NCBI GenBank assembly: GCA_001724265.1
Contig: MEDY01000064.1
Location: 62,001-126,000, forward strand
From: Rhizaria sp. SCN 62-66
Taxonomy: Eukaryota
Length of the DNA: 64,000 nucleotides
Direction of reading: 5' to 3'
Under the pieces are notes generated by a model. That model saw nothing but the letters and a program-made list of their open reading frames with translations. It was not told the DNA's origin and did no database searches. Every line of letters starts with the position of its first letter. The first letter of the stretch is position 1. The position numbers and the translations under genes are program-made. Shown piece by piece: positions 35,637 to 46,974 of the stretch.

Positions 35637-38504
35637 ATGAGCGTATTCTCCGGCTCTGCTGCCATCCTTGGCGACATGCGTTCTGCTGAGCACAAGGAGA
35701 TCCTGTCTCCTGACGCCATCCAGGTACGAGACACCACTGCTCACACTCAATCTCTCCTCGACGATAATCTGCAACAATGTTTGAATTGAGTCTATACCAT
35801 CGCGAGACTGTGTCATGCACTTAAACTAGACTTGCATTTGTAAATATGTGGCTAGTTTATTACTACAATGCAACGTGCCGAGCAGTATCACATCTTCTAA
35901 GTTTCCTAATGCACTTGAACAAGCCTAGGACTTCGCTCACCTCTGGTCTTACCTCTTCTCTTCGCTTCACGTGCATGTCTTGTCTGCAGTTCCTCGGCGA
36001 GCTCCACGTGCTATTCAACGCCCGCCGCAAGGACCTTCTCGAGGCGCGTCTCCGCCGCCGTGCGCAGGGCTCCCTGTCACTGACGCCGCTCGCGTCCCCC
36101 GGTGCCGTTGCCGCGGCCGATGTGCACCACCTGTCGGCGCAGAGCAGTTTCAGCGCGAACCCGGCGATGCAGCTTAACTTCCTGCCCGAGACTGCGTCAG
36201 TGCGCAAAGACCCTTCTTGGCGCGTGGCTTCCATCCCGGCGGACCTGCAGGACCGCCACGTCGAGATCACGGGCCCCGTGGACCGCAAAATGGTGATCAA
36301 CGCTCTGAACAGCGGCGCGCAGGTGTTCATGGCCGACTTCGAAGACTCGCACGCGCCGACCTGGGAGGGCACTATTGCGGGGCAGTATAACCTCAAGTAC
36401 GCCGTCCGCGGCACTCTGTCACTGACTGTGCCTGCCTCTACTAACGCTGGCGCTGGCTCTGCGACTGCAGCCAAGGCGAAGACGTACGAGCTGAACAAGA
36501 CAGGCCGCCTGGCGACGCTGATGGTGCGCCCACGCGGTTGGCACTTGCATGAGAATCACGTTCTCTTCGACGGCGAGCCTGCGTCCGCGTCCCTGTGCGA
36601 CTTCGGCCTGTACTTTTACCACAACGCTGCCGCGCTCGTCGCCAAGGGCTCGGGGCCCTACTTCTACCTCCCCAAGATGGAGTCGTACCTCGAGGCGCGG
36701 CTGTGGAACGACGTCTTTGCGTACGCGCAGCAGCGGCTCGGCATCCCGTACGGGACCGTGCGCGCGACGTGTCTGATCGAGACGCTACCTGCGGTGGTGC
36801 AGATCGAGGAGATTTTGTACGAACTCCGCCACCACAGCGCCGGGCTCAACTGCGGCCGCTGGGACTACATCTTCAGCGCGATCAAGACGCTCGGCCGCAA
36901 CACCAACACGAGCAACAGCAGCGCCACCAGCCGCAGCAGCGGTGTGAATGCGAACGGAGTGAGTCTTGCAGAAGCGCAGGCCTTGGGCGCGTTCGTGCTG
37001 CCCGACCGGCAGGCCGTGACGATGACGGTGCCGTGGATGGCGGCGTACGTGCAGCAGTTGGTTGCGACCTGCCACCGCCGCGGCGCGCACGCCATGGGCG
37101 GGATGAGCGCGCAGATCCCCATCAAGGGCGACGACGCCGCCAACGCCGCCGCCATGGACCGCGTGCGCGCCGACAAGCTGCGCGAAGTGACCGCGGGCCA
37201 CGACGGCACGTGGGTCGCGCACCCGGCCCTGATTCCGGTCGCCAAGGAGGTGTTCAACCGGCACATGAAGACTGCTAACCAGATCCCCGAGGAGGCCCTC
37301 AGCGCGCGCAGTCGGGCTGAGGGTACTGCTCAGGACCACTACTACGGCGCCGCTCCTGTCGTGGCTTCGAAGCCGGGTGGTGCGATCTTCGTGCCTGATG
37401 GTTACTTCAACACTGGCAACACGAGCACGAACGCGAGTAATGTGAGTGGTTTTGTTAAGAGTTACCACGATGTGACTGCGACGTGCAGCGACGGCAACAA
37501 CCACAGCGCAAGTGCGCACAGTGCAAGCGCATACGACTTGTTTGCCGTTTCCACTTCTGCGCACGCATTGAGCAACAGCACGGGCAACGTCAACAACAAC
37601 TCGAATCTTGGAGCTGCTGGCATCTTCGGTGTCACCGGTCATCCTCACAGCACAAGTGGCCAGAGCACGTCCAGTCACGCCACCAACGCAGGTGGTGTTG
37701 CGTGCGCTGGCGTTTGGGGCGCTGGCTCTGCGGCCGCTGCTCACAGTCACCACGACCGCATCGGGTCCAATAACGTGATCGGCGTCGACTACAACAACAC
37801 CAACTCGGGTACGTGTGCACTTCAAGAACACTACTAGAGTTTTTTTCGATTAAAGCTTTATTTCTGTATTCTACTTGTCTTCGAAGTTTTGGTTAAATTG
37901 ATTTAATTTTGCATTCGTCTTCTTTTACGTCGCTCAGATGCGATCGCCACGCAGCTCTCGACGCCCAGCGGCGGCGACGTCACGCTGCCTGGTATCCGCA
38001 ACTCAGTCTCCGTTGCCGTACAGTACATGGAGGCCTTCCTGCGCGGCATCGGCTGCATCCCCGTCAATAACATGATGGAGGACGCCGCGACGGCCGAGAT
38101 CTGCCGCGTGCAGCTCTGGCAGTACCGCGCGCACGGCATCCGCACCGTCTGCGGGACCAAGGTCGACGCGGCGCTGCTCAAGAGCATTGTCGCGGAGCAC
38201 GAGACGGCGACGCGGACCGCGATGGGGGTTGAGAAGTACAACAAGTCAAAGTAAGTCACACGATCATTTCGGCCCATGCAATCATTTCGATAGCTCGCTC
38301 TTGTGTCTGGTATGTGTGTATGAACCGATCTTAACTCGAAACGATTTGTACCTTCTGTTTTCACTTTGGCACTTTTGTTTTTGTAGGTTTGCGCTTGCTC
38401 ACAGTCTCCTGCTGGATTCGCTGCTGAGTGTGGAACTTGACGACTTTATCACATCCAAGTGCTACCCATACATCTGCACTGTGGCTGTCCCTGCTAAGCT
38501 CTAA
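35637..38504 (+). CDS. MLS: Malate synthase A, glyoxysomal (778 aa, 4 exons, C-terminal PTS1 -AKL)
   Basis: Exons 35637-35723, 35990-37808, 37938-38250, 38387-38504. Motifs: [89 protein letters not shown]. Stop TAA. Confidence 0.97.
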
Positions 38505-38722
38505 GTTTCATCGCAAACTTCCTGCGCGCGCCTGCTGCTTAGCACCAGCGAGTGCGACTTAAATTTGTAATATGTTCACGCGCACTATTTGAAACGGAAG
38601 ATCGGGGTTGATCACGTTTAATCGATTGTATTTTTTCGGACGAGAAAGATTTCCATGCAATACACTACTTGTATTTCTATTGTAACCGGTAACTAGACAA
38701 CATCACATTGCAGATTTTCCAA

Positions 38723-41700
38723 TCATTTTTTCCCTGCCGTCTCGCTCTCAAGCCGCCGGAAGAACCCCGCCAGTTTCCCGTGTACCTCTCCGTAACCAGC
38801 GCCGCGCACCATGTCCCTCGCGATCCACCCCGGCAGCAGCGCAGACACCGCTGGGCTCGAGTACCGGCTGTCGAGCAGCACGATCGCGGCGTAGTCGCGC
38901 GCGTGGCGCACGGCACGGCCAATCGATTGGTTCACAGAGCGCATGCAGAGGTTCTCGTAGTAACGCTCGCCAAGCGACTTGGGATTGGCGTTGCTCGCTG
39001 AGCTCGGATCGCTCGACAACTGGTGTTGCTGGTCCAAGCGACGCATTTTTTCCCGCAACTCGGGGTCATGACGATTCGGATACGGCATTCCAACCACAAC
39101 AACACACCTACACAGACATATTAAGACGAACAAAACGATTTTTTTGAAAAATGTTAGGTTCTTTGGTGCAAAAACGTAACTTGCATGAGAAGACAATATA
39201 AACAGTTTGTGGGACATACCGTGCTAACTCATCAGAGAAGTTGATGCCTTCACTCATCTTACCACCCATTACGCAAAAGAGCATGGCACCCGTCTGGGAT
39301 TGTGGCGGCGCGTCGACCTGCGTCTTCGATTGCAACTGGCGAGCTGCGACTGAGTATGCGTCGAATAGTGCTGCAAGGTCACTTGAGTCACGAGGCTCAC
39401 GGAAGATCTGAGATTCGCAAAATAGATAATGGGATCAAAAGTACATGAGAAATAATCGCAATTGGTACTATGTGATTATAAAGTGTTATGAAAAGGCAAA
39501 CCTACCTTCTTTTTGCGCTCAACCGTATCCCACATCGATACACCATCAGTAGCACCTGCACCCGCACCAGCTGGCACCATACTGCTGCTGACAGTGTTGT
39601 TGATTTGTGCCACAGCCGCACCGGTCGCCGTGTGCGTCTTGAGGTACTTCACCGCCTGCTGCTCAAACGCGTACGACGGGAAGAACACGACAACGCCGTG
39701 TGGCACCACACGCGTCAGATTCGCCAGTGTGGCCCCCAGCTCGCGCAGCAGTACAGGATCCCCGCGCTTGGCAAACGAGAACGACAGCGGCGTATGTGTA
39801 GCGGCATGCAGCGGGCCGCGCGAGAGGGCGGCAACAAGGACGCGGTCCGGCGCAATCACGTGACCGCACGCAAACGAGGTGATACGCTTGGGCGGAAGAG
39901 TTGCTTCGCGAGGCGTGGCAACACTCGTTGCAGCTGATAAGCTCGTTGGCGTTGCAGCGTTAGTGGTGCCCTCAGCAGCACTCGTTGTCTCGGACGCAGC
40001 CACTGGTGCTGATGGCTGAGTGTCGCCCCGCAACTGTTGTTCCAACAGTGCAAACGGTTGCATTGTGCCACCCGCAAGTACGATTGCGCGCGCCTGTGAC
40101 GCGACAGTCTCAAACGCAGGCCCCGCATTGAGCGCCACAAGCCGCGCAGACCACAAGGCTTTAGGGTTCGCCCGCGCAGTCGCTGGTGCAGGCGAACTTG
40201 CACTGTTCACGCCAGTCGTCACAGAAACAGTGGGTAGTGGCGTTCGGCGCAGCAAAATGCGTCCGTCGCTGTCTGGGCTGCGGAGGGAGCGAATGAGGTC
40301 AACTGTGGCTCGCGCCGCCGTGATCTGGAAAAGGCGCGCTGCTGCGGGCGTGTTGACTGAAAATAAACGATGAAGAGATGGTAATTAGACAAGAAATAAA
40401 TAAGCGATGTACGACTTATAAAACAAATTTGGATGGAAATGAAATCATAAGAATTTGAAAATGAACGCACCTTCTGGTGCTACCCAGGCCAATACATCGT
40501 CTTTTTCCTCGACAGTATTCGTAACAGCGTTGTTGTTGTTGGCATCTGGCTCCTGCTTCGTGAGAAACAAACCACGCGACTTGCCCGGCTCTGTCGGATC
40601 GCAAGGCTTCTTGGTGCTAATGCGATTGGCCAGCCCTGTTGCTGCCACGACGTCGCTCGGTAGCGCCTTCAAAGTTGCAGCGTTGATGCGAGCAACAACA
40701 CTGTCTTCGTCATCGAGCGCGCGACAGCTGCGAACATTGCTGTCGGTGGCAAGACGCGCACGCTTTGATGCGGGACCAGCGCTTCCAGTCTCATTGATAG
40801 TATCTTTTGCAGAAGGGAGTCCAAACCATGACGCATCGTCGGTAGGAGCACTTTGCGTACTCGCAGTCGTATTGATGATGCAACGAGTGGAGTCAATGTG
40901 CTCGATAAAACCGATCAATTTCCGCATTAACATCGATTTGTCGACCCAAGCACATAACGTGAACAGGTTGATGTTGTCGATGTTGGCAGCTACGCTCAGA
41001 ACATTGGGCCGGACAAGCAACGCTGTCTCATCTTCGTTGCTGCTGATACCCAACTCGGCATTAACATCTGTGCCCGCGCGCGTATCAGTGGTACTTAAAC
41101 TCACAGCAGGAGAACTCAAACCGCTTGCACTATCGTCTAAAGGCCTCCCATCCACTCCGCACCACTGGTCACTGGTCAAAAGATCAAACAATGCGCTCAC
41201 AACATTGACGAGCTGCGCAATGTACATGCGATTCTCCGCGCTCAGCCTCGAACTATAGCGCGCCTGATACGCCCTCAGCTGCCTGCGCGCGCAAAAGAGC
41301 TGCCCTGCGGTCGCGCCCGCGCTAGAGAGTGAGTGAATCGTCTCAACCAGATTGTGCGCCTCATCAACGACGATGACGTTGCCCTTAAGCGGGATCCCCA
41401 GCGCCTCGCGCGTGGGCCCGTGAAACAGCGCGGCGTAGGGCGCCAGCACCACGTCGGCCTCGGCCACGGCGTCACGCGACGCGTAATACCCGCACGCCTT
41501 GGCTGCAGTGCCCAGCGCGGTGATTTGCTCCAGGTCCATGACTTCGCTGGTAATAAGCTGGCGAAACGAGAACTGTGACTGCGGGCGCAAGTATGGGCAG
41601 CCACCTGTTTCGCGAGCCCCAGTTGCACTGTCACTAGCAGTTAAGTCACTCTCACCAAGGTCATCTTTAGTGATATTGCGGCTCTGAACGACGCCGTTTT

Positions 41701-43372
41701 GGGACGTGATTTTCGCAACCTTGTTTGGCTTTGACTGGCGGAGCTCGCTGCACTTGTCATTAATCGCTTCGGCCGAGCCAAGCGCCCTCACCGCAGGGTT
41801 CGTGCACAGCACAGCACGCGAGCCCAGCGACACGACCCGCAGATCCGTGTAAGGAGCCGTCGCCACGGCGGATCCAGGGGGAAACACACCATTAACGACT
41901 TTGCGCACTTCGCCAATCACCTGCGCAATCTGGCTGTGCGTGCGCGAGCAATAGATCAGCTTAGGCGTCATCGGTAGCAGCGACTCGGACGTCGCGCCGT
42001 CGCGCGTCAACGGCTTGTGTCCGCTGAGGTGGCCGAGACACTCCAGAACAGGCTTTAACAGCGCGCCAACGGTTGGGTATTGCATGATAACAGCGGATGA
42101 CAACGCGCCTACATTCGTTGTATCCCTGTCCTGGTCACTGTCACGGTCAGCGACGCAGTGGTTGCTCACAGGGCTCGGGTTGGTGATGCCAAGCGCCCGG
42201 TAAGCACTTTCGCGGCCTTCCTCTTGGGCCCGCTTGGTTTCCTCCGCATCGGTCTTGGCGCTGGCCGCCGCAGCGTCAGCCTCAGCAACGGCCTTGACCG
42301 CAGCCGCGACTGTGGTGATGATAGCGAGCGCAGCGTCGGTGTCGTCTGCGCCCGTGACCGTGCGCAAGAGCCACAGGTTTAGCCCCGCGTGCGTCGCGGC
42401 CGCGGCAGAAACAAACCCCGCGGCTGCGGTCATCGCGGCCGACGCGGCGGCGGATGCGGCGGCGGCGGCATCGGTGGCGGTGACCGCCGCTGCAGCGGCG
42501 GAGACCGATGCCATTGCCGCCGCCGTCGCCGATGAAAGCGGCGAATTCAGAGAAAGACCAAGAGCGCTGGCCAGCGACCCCATCGAGGAGCCTGCACCTT
42601 GAGAGTCCTCGGACATCGCAGTGTCTGCAAGAAGATACGCCGCGTCGCTGATTGCGCTCTCTACCGCAATCGCAGGCGCACCACTCGCTGCGTTTTGCCG
42701 ACCCTTGTTAATATTGTTCTTGCTGTTGCCGAAGCTGGTGTTCAGTCGGTACGAGGACCCCTCCGTGCGCAGGTCGTCCGCAATCTGCGCGAGTGTCCCG
42801 TGCCCGCCCGCGGAGCTCGCGCCGGCACAGTCGGCCACGAGGGGCGCACGCGTGTTGCGAGCGGCGACGAGCTGCTGCCGCACATTGCTGCCCAGGCGTT
42901 GCAGCGCACGACGCACCAGTGCGAGCAAGTGCAGGCGCTGGGCGCGGGTCTCTGCCTCCTGGTCCGCGACGGACTCGAAGAGCCAGTCGGGGATATCGCT
43001 GTCAGTAGATGATGATGATAATGAGGATGTGTGGGTCGAGGAGTCAGCACCATGAGTGCTTCCGGGCTATTGTAATACTGGGTCTATAGCGTTGCCATAC
43101 GCGTAGGCAGGAAAACGATGGAAAATCCAGTGCAGCGCTGCGCAGAGGATGGAGAGAGACTTGCCGGTGCCGGTGGGCGACTCGACAATGCCCACTGTCC
43201 CCGAGTCGATTGCGGTGTAGATCGCACGCATCAGGCCCGTTTGGACATTGTAGGGTGTCGAGTACGCAAACGGGATTGCGGGTGTGTTTGACGCATCTGT
43301 AACTGTTTGCAGCGGGGGCGCCGCCGATGTTGGAACTGGCGGTCCGTTAAGGGCCGGGGCGACTCCAGACAT
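38723..43372 (-). CDS. DDX11: DDX11/CHL1 Fe-S DNA helicase (1441 aa if the in-frame TAG at codon 102 is read)
   Basis: Exons 43372-40471, 40356-39506, 39407-39220, 39107-38723. Motifs: [29 protein letters not shown], four Fe-S Cys (LCTN, DKC, GCPY, ACGYY), [41 protein letters not shown]. In-frame TAG at 43069-43067. Stop TGA. Confidence 0.92.
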
Positions 43373-44204
43373 CGGAGATGTCTTGGCCTGACTTCAATGG
43401 GGACGACGCGAATAATGCTATGTGAGTCACAAACAACGTGTCCAAAAATATAATTACATTGTAGTTTTAAATGCACACTTTCGGGCTCTAAAATAATACT
43501 CGCACTTGTATAGACGGATCATTTACTGATATATCGCATCGTAACGATCGCAGACAATGGCGCGAGATGGGTCAACGATTATTTCATGTAAGCGAAGTGG
43601 GTGATTTTAGGATACCCCGACTTCAGGTTTGCAGCTCTTAACGCAAAAATAAAGGGACATATGCTAAATCTTAGTGTGTAAATTTAGCATGCACTATGAA
43701 TGTCTTCTGCATTTGTTCACATGATGTATCCTTCAAAATCAGCTACCCATACTGACTTTTATGAGGTTATGGTCGCACGGATATCATAGATGATACGTCA
43801 GATTAAAGTAGTGTGTTTATCTATTGATTGCAAATACGACAATTGCATCTTTAACTTGACAAGTGTCGGTTCCAATCTGTTCATTCGTAAGATGCAATTT
43901 TGCAGTGACACATCTGCGTTTGAATGGAGTTTATTGCATCAAGGACTCATATGATGTTGTTGCAACCACAGTATACACATCAATACCAGCATTCAATTAA
44001 CATGCATCGAAGTTGACCAAATTAATCCTTATTTGATCGAGATATCGGACAAAATGTGAACTTGACCAGCGACGGCCCACGCACCGAGTAATCCTTTTAG
44101 TCTGCTTCTAAAATTTTGCCAGCAATGCGGTCCGATCCGGTTAGTGACCTCTTGGCGTTGATCGTGAAATCTCCGCCTCCATTTGTTGTGTACAACTACG
44201 AACA

Positions 44205-46453
44205 ATGTTATCATCATCCCGCTCTACGAGCAAGCTTTCTACTACCATTTCCCGTGCGGTTTCCTCCGCGGCGGCGTCTGTTCAGACTGTTTTGCAGTCG
44301 GCCCCCGCTCGTGGCTTTGGATCTGCCGTTGAGAAGCAGGCTCTTGGCCCCAAGTCCGCCGCTCTCGTCGACATCGAGGAGAAATATGCCGCCCACAACT
44401 ACCACCCCCTTCCTGTCGTCTTTGCTGAGGCGCATGGCTGCCGTGTCACGTACGTCTATCCCATCATCTCCGTCGTATTGAGCTGACCTGCCCTTTCCCC
44501 GATGTTGTGATCGTTCTGCATTTCAAGTAGTTGCACCTTTTTACATCGAGATTTCTTTATGCAAGAACTTGCGTATTAATGAACACACAATATTGTAGCC
44601 GATAGTACCTTAGTTTTATTGAATCTATGTGAATTAATTCCACAAGGGGACTTCATGATGACCAGGCGATGGATGGCTAGCATGGGGCGTGGCTGGCAAG
44701 AGCGTGACGACTGCCGTGAACCCACCCACCTTTTGCTGCGTTCCTTGTTGCCACGGCATGGGTTGTTGCTCAGCTGTGGTATAATGCGCCCGTAGTTAAC
44801 GGATGCGCTGCCGTCGATTGGGTACCCGCGATACCCGCTGCAGCCAACAACCCCAAGTGTGGGGGTGTGATAGGGCGTGATATCAACATCACCAGAGCTA
44901 CGACGCCAACTACTCCGGGTTTCGGCAACAACTCTCCGTATCTCGTGCCCATTCTGCAATCACTTGGCTGAGCGTAGTTCTGGATCATTTAGAGTGCATA
45001 TCTTTCTTCAATCACATTCATACTTAGTCACTCACGCACGCTACACTGTAATCGCCCTTCAAAACTCTGCACATCTACAGCGACCCCGATGGCAAGGAGT
45101 ACTACGACTTCCTCTCTAGCTACTCCGCCGTTAACCAGGGCCACCAGCACCCGCGCATTGTTAAGGCCCTCGTCGACCAGGTCGGCCGCGTCGCCCTCTC
45201 TTCCCGTGCCTTTTACAACGACAAGCTGCCCGAGTTCTCCAAGTTCGTCACCGAGTTCTTCGGCTACGAGCGCGTACGTCTCAATTATACTCTCACTGCA
45301 CATGTTTCTTTTGTAAACGATCTGATTTTTGTTTGCACACTCGTCCATGTCTTTCGTTCACATCATACTGAACCTCTTCCTTCACATCACGACATCACAC
45401 CACATCACATCACGATCGACTGACTGACTACAGATGCTGCCCATGAATACCGGCGCCGAGGCCGTCGAGACGGGCCTCAAGATCGCCCGCAAGTACGCCT
45501 ACGAGCGCCGCGGCGTGCCGGCGAACGAGGCCGTGATCCTCTCGGCGTGCGGCTGCTTCCACGGCCGCACGCTGCAGGCCATCTCGATGAGCTGCGACCC
45601 CGAGGCCGTGCTCAACTTCGGGCCCCTGGTGCCCGGTCACGACAAGGTGCAGTACAACGACCTGGCGCACCTCGAGGCCAAGCTCAAGCAGCACCAGGGC
45701 CGCGTCGCCGCGTTCATCGTCGAGCCCATCCAAGGTGAGGCGGGCGTCTTCGTCCCCAACGACGGCTACATTAAGGGAGCGCAAGAGCTGTGCCGCAAGT
45801 ATGGCGCGCTCCTCATTGCCGACGAGGTCCAGACGGGCATCGCGCGCACCGGCAAGCTCCTCGCTTCTGACTACGACGGCATCAAGCCCGACATTGTGCT
45901 GCTCGGCAAGGCCGTCTCCGGCGGGCTCTATCCCGTCTCGCTCGTGCTCACCAGCGACGAGATCATGTCGGTCATCACGCCCGGCACACACGGCAGCACC
46001 TTCGGCGGCAACCCGCTGGCGTGCGCCGTGGCGCAGACGGCGCTCGAGGTTGTGCGCGACGAGGACCTGGCGAACCGCGCGTTCAAGCTGGGCAACACGT
46101 TCCGCGCCGCGCTGCAGGAGGTCGTCAACGAGAAGGACAGTCTGCTAACGCAGGTCCGTGGCAAGGGCCTGCTTAACGCCATCGTGCTCAAGACCGAGGG
46201 CGTGGAGCGCTCGGCGTGGGACCTGTGTTTGCTGCTCAAGCACCGCGGTTTGCTTGCGAAGCCGACCCACGGCAACATCATCCGCCTCGCGCCGCCGCTG
46301 GTCATGTCTGAGGACCAGGTCGCGGACTGCATCGGCATCCTCAAGGGCGCGATTCACGACATCCGCACCATCCCGCGCACCGAGATCCCCGGCGCTGAGC
46401 CCGTGCACAAGCACCACAAGGACCACCCTTGCACGCGCTGCGAGAAGCTCTAA
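44205..46453 (+). CDS. OAT: Ornithine aminotransferase, mitochondrial (485 aa, 3 exons)
   Basis: Exons 44205-44449, 45081-45273, 45434-46453. Presequence-like N-terminus. Motifs: [51 protein letters not shown]-Lys motif [18 protein letters not shown]. Stop TAA. Confidence 0.97.
44645..44990 (+). ncRNA. Candidate structured intronic RNA in OAT intron 1 (family unassigned)
   Basis: GC-rich island in an AT-rich intron with several stems visible by eye: 44712-18/44752-58, 44760-82/44831-53, 44786-93/44799-808, 44892-902/44973-83. ATGATGA at 44655 and CTGA at 44968. Confidence 0.5.
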
Positions 46454-46974
46454 GTTTGACAACGATGAGCGTGTCGGCGATGGGCGACTGCGCTCTGTGA
46501 GCGGATGGATGTGACCGTGTGTGTGAACGCAAACGTTATAATGTCAGATATGCATTGGTTACCGATGTATCATTTTGTTTCAGTGTTTATAGTTGTTTTG
46601 CTCCTCTTTTAGGAGCTTTATTCACATATTATGAATAATATCAATCCACAGTGCGATGTTTCAGAGCGTCGTGGACGGAGAGCGACACGTGCTAATTGTA
46701 GCTCCTGTCATAGCGTAACGCTGATGGAAATGGTTAGGTCTTTTTGTTTATTTATACGATCTTATCAGTAGTATTAATATCTTCCGGTGCAGTCGTGATG
46801 ACTGTATTTATCGTTTTAACTACGAATATCTTTTGATGCGATTAAGCATCTTATAACAACAAAATACAACTTAAACAAAAGTGAAATGAACAAAAATCGA
46901 GAACAACTGCGTTCGCGACAAGTATGACTAGCTTGCTGTGACATATCGCCTTATGGGTGCCAATCGTGTTGTTC

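Noticed and set aside
43661-43690. 9-bp inverted repeat ATGCTAAAT/ATTTAGCAT in the DDX11-OAT spacer
   Set aside because: Short, AT-rich and single, so compatible with chance.
44531-44556. U5 loop-1-like CCTTTTTAC..GAGATTTC
   Set aside because: No complementary 5' arm to close the stem, and the loop is imperfect.
44848-44856. CAACCCCAA, identical to the Tetrahymena telomerase RNA template, in the OAT intron element
   Set aside because: Most of it is base-paired in a long stem, no A-rich pseudoknot strand was seen, and the host telomere repeat is unknown. Not enough to call telomerase RNA.
44645-44990. TPP riboswitch, SRP or RNase P/MRP identity for the intronic structure
   Set aside because: Diagnostic motifs (CUGAGA and ACCUGAU; UGUNR and helix 8; P4 CR-I/CR-V in the correct order) were not found.
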